From the NCBI RefSeq assembly GCF_009914755.1, contig NC_060931.1: DNA of 64,000 nt. The stretch is one strand, 5' to 3'. The stretch is from the human T2T-CHM13v2.0 reference genome, Homo sapiens. Under the pieces are notes generated by a model. It had not been told where the DNA came from. It saw only the letters and a list, made by a program, of their open reading frames with translations, and searched no databases. The position numbers and the translations under genes were made by a program. Shown here piece after piece: positions 31,296 to 47,377 of this stretch (position 1 is its first letter; each line of letters starts with the position of its first letter).

Positions 31296-31320
31296 ACTTC
31301 AACTTCTTTTCTTTCTGTAA

Positions 31321-31678
<358 letters not shown>

Positions 31679-31771
31679 TAATCTCATTACTGATAAAACT
31701 ACCAAACTCTAGTTTTCATTTTTCTTTCCCAAGCGTTTCCTTCAGCACAATTAAGACACTAGAACTGGTGG

Positions 31772-32169
<398 letters not shown>

Positions 32170-32439
32170 CTACAGAAGCATGAGGCTAACATGGCTAATA
32201 GCTGTCAGCTTATCTCTGCTACTCACAGAAAAGGTAAATTATGACATCGATCTAACCTGTGCCTTGAAATGAACAGCATTAAAACCCCTGTTATTAGGTT
32301 CTTTCATGAAAGCCAAAGAAGGAGGCCTATGAAGGCTCACAAACTGGAGGTGGCCTCTGTATCTTTACGGGAATGTCTACATCTCATCCCATAGGGGTCC
32401 AAGCGGGAAATTGGCTTAGTACTCTCCTGAGCCTGTTAC

Positions 32440-32601
32440 CTTCTTTTATTTTCCTGGCCATCAAGGAATATTTGGTCTTCTTCCTCCACTGTCCTTTTCT
32501 TCTTCTTCTCTTTGAGGGCACTCAGTACAGTCTCCTTTGCACATGGGTCTGGGGCATTACTTGATGGTGAGGACAGTGTTGAGCTGATTATCTGCTCTGG
32601 T
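32440..32601 (-). CDS. POMZP3: POMZP3 exon 3 (POM121-derived, 162 nt): PEQIISSTLSSPSSNAPDPCAKETVLSALKEKKKKRTVEEEDQIFLDGQENKR
   Basis: cattatAG acceptor and GTAAC donor. Phase 2, joining ZP3 exon 5 in frame (AG|C = Ser). Confidence 0.95.
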
Positions 32602-32917
32602 CTATAATGAAAGACAGGATTCTAGCAGTAAGGTATTTTAATTCCCATGCCATATCAGAAATGGAAATCAGAAGCTAACCAACAAGCCAAAGTATAATTT
32701 ATACACTCACAACAGTTCCCCTTAGCAAGTAAAGCTACTTTTTCGTTAACGGCAAAAAGTGAAAAACAAACGGTTTTACTAGAATTTGGTATTTCTCATT
32801 CAAACAAGCAGATTCGTCCTTTCTTTTTTGCGTTGTAGTCATGTTGTCATAGGAACAACTGGAGAAGAATAAAGTGGACACGAAAAGGGAGAGTATTCTT
32901 CCAACGATAATACTCAC

Positions 32918-33133
32918 ATCGCAGAACGCGAAAATCTTCTGTCAGGAGGGGCGATCCTCAGAGTCACTGGGCTACACACCATCCTGGAGTTGCGAGGGGA
33001 CAGCACAGCCTTCTTGTGATAACCATTCCAGCACACTGTGGGAAGTACCCCCAGACAGGAATACTGGGCCTGATGGATCGGATAGCGTCTTTGAGGTGTT
33101 ATTACAAACCGATCTGGTAAAGTCCCACGATCC
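32918..33133 (-). CDS. POMZP3: POMZP3 exon 2 (POM121-derived, 216 nt); ATG of MVCSPVTLRIAPPDRRFSRSA at 32982
   Basis: ctctgcAG acceptor and GTGAG donor; open frame DRGTLPDRFVITPQRRYP...MVCSP. Confidence 0.95.
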
Positions 33134-33599
33134 CTGCAGAGAATGCGAGACAAATCATGGAAACAAAGTATAAAAGAATGTCAAAATTTTAGACGGTTAA
33201 AAACCCACCAGTTAAGACATTTTCCAAAGAACTTAAGTCTCTTTCTACGCAACACAGAACACGTTGTTTTTATGGCAACTTTCCCCTATTCCATCTAAGA
33301 GCAGAGAGTGACAGCTGCTTAACAGCTGTCTCAACAATGGATTGCAACAATTTGAGAGGGAAAATCTAAATCTAGACTAAATCTAGACTGCACTAAAATT
33401 CGGGGAGTTTTTAGAACTGGAAAGAAGGGAATCGTTTTGGCAACACATCTCACACCAAGCAAGAGTCAGAGGCCAGGAGACGGCTGGCACACACCAAGGT
33501 GTTAAGGAGGGCAAAACCACACACAATTCCCTTCGGATTTGATGAAAAAGCAAATCGGATTTAAAAGTCCTCGATTTCAAGCCAGCCGAGCCAAAGGAC

Positions 33600-34470
33600 G
33601 ATCTGGGAAAATCAGCGCATCTCACCGTGGGGAAGGCCTCCCGGAGGGTCGGAGAAGAGGAGTGGGGAGAGAGGGGTAAAAGTGGTGAACGCGATGGGTC
33701 GGCGGGGAGGGCGGTGTGGAGCGCGGCGCCGGGCGGGCGGGTGGGCGGCGGCCAGGCCTATTCCGCAGGTCCTGGCCCTCCGGAGCGGGGGCGGGCTGCG
33801 GCGGCCCGGGCTTGCCCAGGTAACTGCCCATGAGGAGCAGTTCGGCAGGGTCAGGTCCTTCGAGCAGGGTCCGCGGCTCTAGGAGGTTTCCGTTGGCTGT
33901 CGACTTGGCCGGAGGCGAAGCGAACAGTGTTCGCCGATGTCGCGCCTTCTGAACGAAGGAGGACAAGGGGCGCGAACCTCGGGGCTCGCGGCTCAGTCCC
34001 CACCAGGCCGCGGTAGTCCCCACGGCCAGCCAGGCCAGCGCAGCCGCAGCAGGCACGAGGTACAGTAGGAGGCCGACCAGCGACAGGCCGAGAAGCGCCG
34101 CCCCGGCCGGCCCTGACACTCGCTATCGGCCGCCGCCGCTCGCCTGCTCCAGCCGCCGCAGCCGCCGGAGACATCGCGGCTCCGCGCCGCGGAGGAGACT
34201 TAAATATCCCAGCGTGCACCGCGCCACGCGTCGCGTCATCGCGCGCCCGCCACGTCATGCGCGCGCGACTCGGGGAGACGCTACAGCCCGGCAGCTCCCG
34301 AGACACAGCTGTTTTGGAAAATGCTGCCTGCCTTCAACGCCTGTTTCTGACTCTTGCGGTTTCCCGCATGGCTCCCAGCGAGACGATCCCGTCCGGGATC
34401 CCATCCGGCTCCCATCCGGAGGCGATCCCGTGAAAGGATCGCGTCCAAAATAAAAGGGCCCGAGACCTAT
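33600..34470. promoter_or_regulatory. CpG-island promoter inherited from POM121
   Basis: Very high GC and CpG density. Minus-strand TATTTAA at about 34200-34206, TGACGTGG at 34250-34257, and GCGC runs. Confidence 0.85.
33626..34174 (-). pseudogene. POMZP3: POMZP3 exon 1: POM121C-like first coding exon, frameshifted just before the transmembrane segment
   Basis: ATG 34174 gives MSPAAAAAGAGERRRPIASVR and then shifts frame (stop at 33851). The TM frame GPAGAALLGLSLVGLLLYLVP...RPSPR runs 34119-33626. GTGAG donor at 33625. Confidence 0.9.
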
Positions 34471-35131
34471 GCTTATGTAATTCCTAATCCGTGATCTTTT
34501 CTAGGGGCTGAACTCCCCTCCAGCACAGCCTGTTACCAGGTGCTTTTCACAAACGCCACTGGCGGCTGAGTTTTCCCCCCCACTTCCATTTCTACTTTAC
34601 AAGTTGATAACGTGGGACGATTACCTACCAAATTTCACATCATGGCCCAGACATCGGGTGGATTTTGAGGCTCTGTGATCGATTTATACCTATGCTAAAG
34701 TTATCGGTCTGAGAAAGTAGATTAGTGGTTGCCTAGGGCTAAGGAGTGGGTTTGGGGGTGGGGAATAGAAAATGACTGCTTATGGGTATAGGCTTTCTCG
34801 TAGCAGCATAAACATAGTTTAAAATTAGATCGTGTTGGCGGTTGCACCACCCTATGAACTGTATGGTTTGTGAATTATACCTTAATAAAGCTGTTTAAAA
34901 AGTCTGGTAGTCTGCCAATACACTTTGGTGTAGTTAAGTTTCCTCAGACATTCATTCATTGATTTATTCATTCCATTGTTTATATACATTAAAGAGATTA
35001 AGGGGGAAAATAGAGGATCTCTGATCTTTATAAGCTCTGTTTAGTAAGGAAGATGTGTAAGTAAAAGATTGCAATTCAATGTTATCAGTGTGATAACGGG
35101 AACAAAAAAAGAGGCCAGACGCAGTGGCTCA

Positions 35132-35602
<471 letters not shown>

Positions 35603-36327
35603 TCAGAGAGATGAGAAGAAGGTGCAGTTTGGGTTCCAGATCCTCCCCAACCCAGTGCCAAAGTAATTCTTCTATTTAATATACTGTGATTTCACATAAG
35701 ACTTAATTTGAAAAAAAAAAGGGGGGGGGGCGGAGGGGGGACTGTGTTGCTTAAGAAAAAAATCTCAGTATCAGTAGACTAGTGGGACAAAAGCCAGGCT
35801 GCCCTGGGTTGAACAGTGACTGGAAGGTGAAGAAATGGAGGCAGTGACTGCAGACTCCCTACTCAAGAAACCTGGGTAATAGGGGAAGAAGAAACATAGT
35901 GTCTAGGTCAGTAGGGGCTCTTTAAACTATTGTGTGTGGCTGGAGTTAAGTGGAGGAGCTACACATAAAAGCCGTCAGGGTACAGATGTCCTGAAACCAA
36001 GCAAGATGACTGAGAATTAATGTAAATAGAGAGGTCCATAGCCTGAGCCCTCGGGGCACTCCTGTGTTTAGAGGTTAAGAGATGAATACACAAAGGGCAC
36101 AAGTCATGTAGGAAATATAGATAAATATGACTACATTAAAAGTTAGTACTTCTGGGCCGGGAGTGATGGCTTACACATAATCTAGCACATTTGGAGGCGA
36201 GGCTGGTGGATTGCTTTGAGCTCAGGAGTTCGAGACCAGCCTAGGCAACATGGTAAAACCCAGTCTCTACTAAAAAAAAACACAAAAATTTGCCTGGTGT
36301 GGTGGCATGTGCCTGTAGTACTACTCA

Positions 36328-36594
<267 letters not shown>

Positions 36595-37661
36595 TTAAAA
36601 AGGACAATTGATATAAAAAAGCTATCGAATGGGAAACACAAATACCTAATAATATATACATATGTGCATATACGTACATACACATATACATTTAACCTCA
36701 CTAGTAATCTAGGAAAGACTAACAATATTTTGCACTCATTTATACACTAGAAAAATTAATTTAACAAGATCAAGTCTTAGCATGGATGTGAAACAAACAG
36801 AACTCATGCCGTTGTGGATATATGAAACAGTACAATTTGGAAAGCAATTTGGCAATAACTAGTAAAAAATAAGGGTGAAGAAGTATGTATCCTATAAACC
36901 CGCAATCCCATTCTGGGTAGATAGTCACTGAAGCATTATTTGTATCACAGACAATGTGAACACACTTCATGGGTAATGTCTATCAACACAAGGATGGGCA
37001 AACTGGTATAATTCATATAATAAAATACTATAAAGCAGCTGAAAATTAATCCTTCCAGCTGCAGGTTAGTCCTCCCACCATAAACAACTGTAGACATGGA
37101 CAAAATGTATTGATTAATAAATTTGTTAAAAAAAAATCTGGCAGTCTGCTGATCCAGACTTTGGTTTAACTCATGCTGTGGTGGATATATAAAACAGTAC
37201 AACTTGGCAACTACTTTCAGGCAGAGGACAACAGGAAGCAAAAGACTGATCCCTAAGTGTAAGGAAACTTGTGAGATGAGCCCCAAAGTCACCTAGTTCC
37301 TCTACCTGGGGATCGTTTCCCAACTGCAGTGCAGAGAGCTGGAGTCTGAGCACAGTAGGGAGATCCCGCTGGGCTGAAGAGGCAGAGATGAGGAGGCAGA
37401 GATCAGGCTGAGACAGCTGAAATGGCAGAGAAATGGGGCAGAAAAAAGAAAGGAGGGCACTATGCAAAGAGGGAGTTCTAGAAATCTATGCATGACGCAA
37501 ACCCACGGCTGAAGGCTGGAGTGATGGGTAATTTCATGTGTCAACTTGAAGGGACCATGGGGTGCACAGATACTTGGTTAAACATTTATTTATGGGTGTA
37601 TCTATAAAGGCATTTCTGGATGAGATGGTCTTTTATTTATTTACTTATTTTTATTTTTTGA

Positions 37662-37772
<111 letters not shown>

Positions 37773-37787
37773 TAGCTGGGATTATAG

Positions 37788-38006
<219 letters not shown>

Positions 38007-38252
38007 TAGGGCTCTGTGTGGAGTACTCAAGCACCCCAGGAATGGGAAAGAATCAGTCTTAGATTGAGCATTGCTTTGGACCCACCTAATGAATCATCAA
38101 AACAAGACCTGAAAGGATCCAACTTTTCAATGATCTTAAATACATCCCAAAACAAAGCTCAAGAAAATGTATATAGGAATAAAAAATTGGCTGGGCGCGG
38201 TGGCTCACGCCTGTAATCCCAGCACTTTGGGGGGGCCGAGGTGGGTGGATCA

Positions 38253-38549
<297 letters not shown>

Positions 38550-39170
38550 CTATTACTAGGCATATAAATAAGCAAGAAAACACAGCCCATAATAACAACC
38601 AATCAATCCTTATTTTGATCCAAACCAACCCCAAACTGACACATATTAAAATGAACAGAGAAAGACATTAACATTAATTTTAACTATATCCCATATGTTT
38701 ACAAAGTTGAGACATGGAAAAATATTAGAAGAAATAATGGCCAAAAATTTTCCAAATGTAATGAAAAATATAAACCCACAGACCTGAAGCTCAATGTCAA
38801 GTACAAGAAATACAAAGAAAACTGTAACAAATCACATAATCAAATTGCTCAAAACCAATGATATAGATCAAATCCTGAAGGCAGCTGGGAAAATAGTACA
38901 TGTTATTTTACACAGGAACAAAGATAAGAATGATACCAAATTTCTTGCCAGAAATAGTGCAAGTGAGAGACAACAGCAGTGCAACTTGATCTTTAAAGTG
39001 CTGAAGGCAAAAACTGCAAACCTAGAATTTTATGCCCAATGAAAATATATTTTAAGAAAGTTAAATAAACATATTTTCAGACACATAAAAGCTGGCAGAC
39101 ACTTTGAGAGGCTGAGCTGGGCAGATCGCTCGAGCCCCAGAGTTTGAGACCAGCCTGGGCAACATAGTGA

Positions 39171-39567
<397 letters not shown>

Positions 39568-40803
39568 TCAGTTACTCGGGAGGCTGAGCTGGGAGGTTCA
39601 CTTGAGCCTGGGGGTTTCCTTGAGCCTGGGAGGTCGAGGCTCCAGTGAGCCATAATTGTGCCACTGCATTCCAGCCTGGGTAACAGAGCGAGACTCTGTC
39701 TCAAACAAATAAATAAAAAGCTGAAAGAATTCATCACCAACAAACACAGTAAGAAATGTTAACGGATGTCCTTCAGGCAGAAGAAAAATACCAAATGGAA
39801 ATCTGGATCTATACAAAGGAATGAAAGGCATTGAAAATGGTAACTACATATATTTATATGTGCCTGTTTTTCCTTATTATTTAAATCTCTTTAAAATATA
39901 ATTGAGGACTGATATCAGCAAAAGGGCAGAGTAGACAGCTCCAAGCTCCCATCACCCAACAGAAACAGAAAAAAAAAAAAAAAAGGCCAGGCGCAGTGGT
40001 TCACACCTATAATCCCAGCACTTTGGGAGGCCGAGGCAGGTGGATCACCTGAGGTCAGGAGTTTGAGACCAGACTGACCAACATGGTGAAACCCCATCTC
40101 TACTAAAAATACAAAATTAGCCAAGTGTGGTGGCACATGCCTGTAATCCCAGCTACTCGGGAGGGTGAGGCAGGAGAATCGCTTGAACGGGGAGGCGGAG
40201 GTTGCAGTGAGCCGAGATGGCGCCACTGCACTCCAGCCTGGGCAACAAGAGTGAAACTCTGTCTCAAAAAAAAAAAACCAAATAATTATTAGAAACAACT
40301 CTGAAAAACAGCCAAAGCCTTACAACAACCAAATGAATGCTGAATCAAGAAAAAGGCAACTTAAAAAGGAAAGGTAGAAAACCTCTGTGGCAATGTTTTT
40401 TAAGAGACAGGATCTTGCTCTGTTGCCCAGGCTGGAATGCAGTGGCGTGATTGTGGCTCACTCTACCCTTGAACTCCTGTGCTCAAGTGATTCTCTCACC
40501 TCAGCCTTCCAAGCAGCTGGGACTGCAGGCGTGAGCCACCGCACCTGGCTTCTACGGGAGTCTTGAAGACAGAAGGCTGCATTCGCAGTGTGGGGCCTCT
40601 TGGCATTCCACAGGGACGGGGCGGACCTTACCTTCAAATTACTGGTAAATCTGCTATCGCACGTCTGAGGGCTACTGAGGGAATGATGTAGACGCCTGTC
40701 TATTTGCTGGAAACTCACTGAGGCTGGAAAAGTGGTGAGCATTGCTCAAAAACATTGCAAGGCAAACAATCTACACAGGACTGGGGCAAAACCTGACAGT
40801 TGA

Positions 40804-41070
<267 letters not shown>

Positions 41071-41734
41071 TGATCCACCCACCCGCAGACTCCCAAAGTG
41101 CTGGGATTACAGGTGTGAGCTACCATGCCCGGCAACAGTAGGGGAAAGAGCTGAGTTCCATTCTCTGGTGTCCTTAAAGAACAGGAAGAAATGCCAGGGA
41201 TGGCCAGGCACGGTGGCTTATGCCTATAATCCCAGCACTTTGGGAGGCTGAGGCAGGCAGATCGCCTGAAGTTAGGAGTTCGAGACCAGCCTGGCCAACA
41301 TGGCCAGGCCCGTCTCTACTAAAAATACAAATATTAGCCAGGCGTGGTGGCAGGTGCCTGTAATCCCAGCTATTAGGGAGGCTGAGGCAGGAGAATCGCT
41401 TGAACCCGGGAGGTGGAGGTTGAGTGAGCCGAGATCGTGCCACTGCACTCTAGCCTGGAGACAGAGCATGACTCCATCTCAAAAAAACACAAAAGAAACA
41501 AGCAGAAATGCCAGAGACGTGCAGAGAAAAGGTCACATGAAGACACAGCAAGAAGGCAGCTATCTGCAAGCCAATGAGAGAACACTCTGAAGAAGTCAGC
41601 CCTGCTGGCACCTTGATCTTTGACTTCTGGCCTCTAGAACTGTGAGAAAATAACTTCCAGCTGTTGAAGCCATGGTCTGTGGCATTTTGCTATGGTAGCC
41701 CGAGCAAACTAATAGAGACTTCCTAAATCCGAGA

Positions 41735-41897
41735 AGGAAAGCTGGGGAGAATTCCTCTGAGAAAGCAGGAAAGCTGGGGAGAATTCCTCTGAGAAAGCAG
41801 GAAAGCTGGGGAGAATTCCTCTGAGAAAGCAGGAAAGCTGGGGAGAATTCCTCTGAGAAAGCAGGAAAGCCGGGGAGAATTCCTCTGGGAAAGCAGG
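41735..41897 (+). repeat. Minisatellite, 5 x 32 bp (AGGAAAGCTGGGGAGAATTCCTCTGAGAAAGC)
   Basis: Four identical units plus one with two substitutions. Confidence 0.95.
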
Positions 41898-42475
41898 GCA
41901 GTCACAAGCACTCAGTTGTTACACGGGCTTTGCCCAGGGCAGGATGCTTGCTCAGAAACACCTGACAAAGACCTAAGTTTTCACCTTGGCCTGATCACGA
42001 GGGTCAGTGCAGGCCTAGCTAAGTGCTGAAGGAAAGCTGTGGTGCAAAGGCAAACTTCAAAGACTGGGAGAGGTACTTTCTTCCATTTTTAGCTCCTAGT
42101 ATTCAAGGAAATCTCTTACCAAAATGTGAGCTGAACACATGCTAAAAGAATCAGAGACTTCAGTGACCACACATGAAAATGATAAATCTTTGCAAAAATA
42201 GTTTGGAAGTCACTAAACGTATGTACTACTACAGCCTTCAATGATTAAAAACAGACACACTCACAAATACATAGCAAATAAAATTAGAAGAATCATCTAA
42301 ATGCCAGAGTTACTACCTTGCAATATTCAAATGTCCGTGTTTCAATGACAATCGCAAATCATGCAAAGACAAGGGAACGTATTCAAAGTAACAAAATAAA
42401 TTGATGGAAATCAGCCCTTAGGAAGCCCAGATATTGGACTTAGCAGACAAAGACTTTTTAAAAACTCTGTAAATC

Positions 42476-43384
42476 GTGAAGGACCTCTTCAAGGAGAACT
42501 ACAAACCACTGCTCAAGGAAATAAGAGAGTACACAAACAAATGGAAACACATTCCATGCTCATGGATAGGAAGAATCAATATTGTGAAAATGGCTATACT
42601 ACCCAAAGTAATTTACAGATTCAATGCTATTCCCAACAAGCTACTGACTGTCTTCACAGAATTAGAAAAAACTACTTTAAATTTCATATGAAACCAAAAA
42701 TGAGCCCATATAGCCAAGACGATACTAAGCAAAAAGAACAAAGGTGGAGGCATAACGCTACCTGACTTCAAACTACACTACAAGGCTACTGTAACCAAAA
42801 CAGCATGGTACTGGTACCAAAACAGATATATAGCAATGGAACAGAACAGAGACCTCAGAAATAACACCACACATCTACAACCATCTGATCTTCGACAAAC
42901 CTGACAAAAACAAGCAATGGGGAAAGGATTCTCTATTTAATGGTGCTGGGAAGACTGGCTAGCCATATACAGAAAACTGAAACTGGACCCCTTCCTTAAC
43001 ACCTTATAAAAAATTAACTCAAGATGGATTAAAGACTTAAATGTAAAATCCAAAACCATAAAAATCCTAGAAGAAAACCTACGCAATACCATTCAGGACA
43101 TAGGCATGGGCAAAGTCTTCATGACTAGAACACCAAAAGCAATTGCAACAAAAGCCAAAATTGACAAATGGGATCTAATTAAACTAAAGAGCTTCTGCAT
43201 AGCAAAAGAAACTAGCATCCAAGTGAACAGGCAGCCTACAGAACGAGAGAAAATTTTTGCAATCTACCCATCTGACAAAGGTCAGATCCAGAATCTTGTA
43301 TATTCTTGTAGATCCAGAAACTACAAGGAACTTAAACAAATTTACCAGAAAAAACCAATTAACCCCATCAAAAAGTGGGCAAAG
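42476..43384 (+). mobile_element. L1PA ORF2 internal fragment, truncated at both ends
   Basis: [16 protein letters not shown]...[16 protein letters not shown]; ends at an Alu. Confidence 0.85.
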
Positions 43385-44114
43385 CGCCAGGCACGATGGC
43401 TCACGTCTGTAATCACAGCACTTTGGGAGGCCAAGGCAGGTGGATCACCTGAGCTCAGGAGTTCAAGACTAAAAATACAAAAATTACTGAATTACTCTAC
43501 TAAAAATATAAAAATTAGCCTGGCATGGTGGTGGGCACCTATAATCTCAGCTACTTGGGAGGCTGAGGCAGGAGAATCTCTTGAACCCAGGAGGCGGAGG
43601 TTGTAGTAGGCCGAGATCGCGCTGCTGCACTCCAGCCTGGGTGACAGAGTGAGAGTCCGCCTCAAAAAACAAAAAGGCTGGGTGCAGTGGCTCACACCTG
43701 TAATCCCAGTGCTTTGGGAGGCCAAGGCAGGCGGATCACCTGAGGTCAGGAGTTCAAGACCAGCCTGGCCAACATGGGGAAATCCCATCTCTACTAAAAA
43801 TACAAAAAATTTAGCTGGGTGTAGTGGTGCACACCTGTAATCCCAGCTACTAGGGAGGATGAGGCAGAAGAATCACTTGAACCTGGGAGGTGGGAGGCGG
43901 AGGAGGAGCCGAGATCGTGCCACTTGCCTAGGCGAGTGAGACTCATCTCAAAAACAAACAAAAAAACAGTGCATGTTGGCTAGTTTGTTAATCAATATTA
44001 GTTAGTTATTAGCTCCGAATAGATGTCAGGTAATATGGTAGGCACTGATGACGTATTCATGACACAAAGCTGGTCCCAATGCTAGAATGATCTTTGTTCG
44101 AGATCCAGGTTGCT

Positions 44115-44133
44115 GCTGCCACTAGAGGGCAGC
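44115..44133 (+). promoter_or_regulatory. Strong CTCF motif match
   Basis: GCTGCCACTAGAGGGCAGC fits the CCACYAGRKGGCRS consensus; occupancy is unknown. Confidence 0.6.
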
Positions 44134-44918
44134 CGAAGCTCATCTGTAATGGCACAGTAATGGTTAACCCCAACAATCCAACATTACCAGGGAAGAACTG
44201 TCCTGAAGGGCAAAGTACCAAGCTACCTAAAGTTTGTATTGATTCTCTCAAGACTATTGCTAACAAAATGGTAAAATGGGTCAAGTTTGTGTTTGGAACC
44301 CCTAGCCTCTCATCTCTTCACCCTCTTCCCTGAAGAGGTGGAGAGAATAATACAGGTACCACCTGTAAGTAAAAAGTGTGGCAGAAACAGTCAGTTGCAT
44401 CTCTCACCAACAGGTGGGTCGGGCGGGGAGGGAGAGGAGATTCCTGGAGAGGAACGGATCAAGCTAGGAAGCACAGAACTGCAGGCCAGAGACAACTCTG
44501 GAAGCAGAAACAGGTGTGTGCTTCCAGGCGCACAGACACCAACTGTGTGACACCCACACCTTCTACTCACAAACTCACTATTGACAGTGCACCACCACCT
44601 GCTTTGTGCAACACAGGAAACACCAATAAACACTGGAGACAGTGTCAGGCCAGGCATGGTGGCTCACACCTGTGCTCCCAGCACTTTGGGAGGCTGAGGT
44701 AGGAGGATCGCTTGAGGCCAGAAGTTCAAGACCATCCTCAGCAATACAGAGAGACCCTATCTCTACAAAAAGTTAAAAAAAAAAAAAAAAAGATACAGGC
44801 CAGGCGTGGTGGCTCACGCCTATAATCTCAGCACTTTGGGAGGCTGAGGCAGGCGGATCACCTGAGGTCCGGAGTTTGAGACCAGCCTAACCAACATGGA
44901 GAAACCCCAACTCTGCTA

Positions 44919-45077
<159 letters not shown>

Positions 45078-45141
45078 TCAAAAAAAAAAAAAAAAAAAAA
45101 AAGACACAGTCTCATTCCTTAATGAGTATAAAGAAGTAAAG

Positions 45142-45730
45142 TCTGTTTCAGTTACTAATTGCATAAGAAACCAATCTAAAACATAGTGGCAAAAAACAAT
45201 CATTATCATCAGGGATTCTGTGATTCCAACAGGCCTGGCTTGTCTCTGGTCCACACGACATGTGGGGCCTCAGCTGGGAAGACATGGAGTCTTAAGTGTG
45301 ATCAATGGGAGGGGGCTGGAATCATTTAGAGGCATCTTCATTCACAAAACCAGGAGCTGATACTGGCTGTCAGCCAGGACTTCAACTGACCTGTGGGCTA
45401 GAACCTGTCCATGTGGCCCCTCGCAGTCTCCCCATCTGGGCTGGTTTGGGCTTCATCACAGTCCGGCAGCTTACTTCTAAGTGCAAGCATTCCATGACAA
45501 CACAGCAGAAAGGCATGACATTTTTACAGTGCAGCCTGGCTATCTCATAGCGTCGCTTCTGTCCTACTTTATTTATTGGTCAGGGCAATCACAAAGATGT
45601 GCACAGGCTCAAGGAAAAGAGACATACCCCCGACCACGCGATGGAAGAAGTGACAAGGTCATGTTATGAGAGGAGTGTGTGGGATGGGAGATAGGGCTGT
45701 GGCCACCTGCAGAAAATAGCATCTGCCACA
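45142..45730 (-). mobile_element. MLT1-type LTR
   Basis: GGGGCCTCAGCTGGGAAGAC...GGCTGGAATCATTTAGAGGC...ATCTGCCACA pattern. Confidence 0.55.
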
Positions 45731-46633
45731 GGCTGTCATGGAAGCGCAGGATGGGGATTTAGCCTACCTGAGGGGTCAGTCAGCAAAGGCCTCTGGGACG
45801 AAGTGAGATCTTCGGCTGAGGATGTGAGGGGCTAAAAGGAGACTGAGGAAGAGTCTCAGGGAGAGGAATCAATGAGACTGGATTCCAGAGAGAGGCTGGT
45901 GAGTTGGATGGTTTGCTTCAATATGATGGCAATACAGAGGGCAAGGAGACTGGTGCAGGAGGAGAGAGAAGGTGCCATGTGCTCTGGGTGGCGCTCTGTG
46001 CCGGACCCCCTTAGAAGAGGAGCAGCCTCCAGTCAGCGGTGTCCCAGGAACACAGGGGCTGGAGAGGACAATGGCAGCCAATCCCTGCTCCCAATCTGGT
46101 GACAGTAGGGAAAAGCTGCATGGTCTAGATCCACCCTGCTCCCTGGCCCCAGTATAGAAGATCAAATTCAATCTGCCCAATCTTATCCAGATAAAGTAAA
46201 GGAAGACTGGAAAAAAGAACTAATCCAAAGCTCCATCTGCCCATGACTTTCTCTGCTGATGCCGGAGGCAGCTATGGATAAAGAGATGGCACACGGCATG
46301 TCCCGACGCAGTGGAGGTGGGGAGACCCTGCAACTCCACAGGGAAGGAGTGAAGTTGCTGCCACCTGGGCATCAGCTATTCTCTGCTCTTCTGCCTCATC
46401 CTCAATTCAGACCATGATGGAGCTGATTTTCCTCCATTTTATACCTTGGATTGAATGGTCTCGAGCTGCTGGTCTTGTCTCCAGAGTCACATCCAAGAGG
46501 TCTGTCTTTCAAATAAATGCTGTGTATCAATGTACAGTGTATATAATTAATGTATGATATCAGAGTAAATTATAGATAAGACAAGAGATGAAATTAGAGT
46601 TAAGTAGGGACCCGATGACGAAGAGCCTTGTAA

Positions 46634-47377
<744 letters not shown>

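Noticed and set aside
35711-35740. A-tract plus G-run (possible G-quadruplex); similar run at 23237
   Set aside because: Low-complexity sequence with no supporting context.
41735-41897. 32-bp repeats as a CRISPR-like array
   Set aside because: Head-to-tail units with no spacers and no cas genes, in primate DNA.
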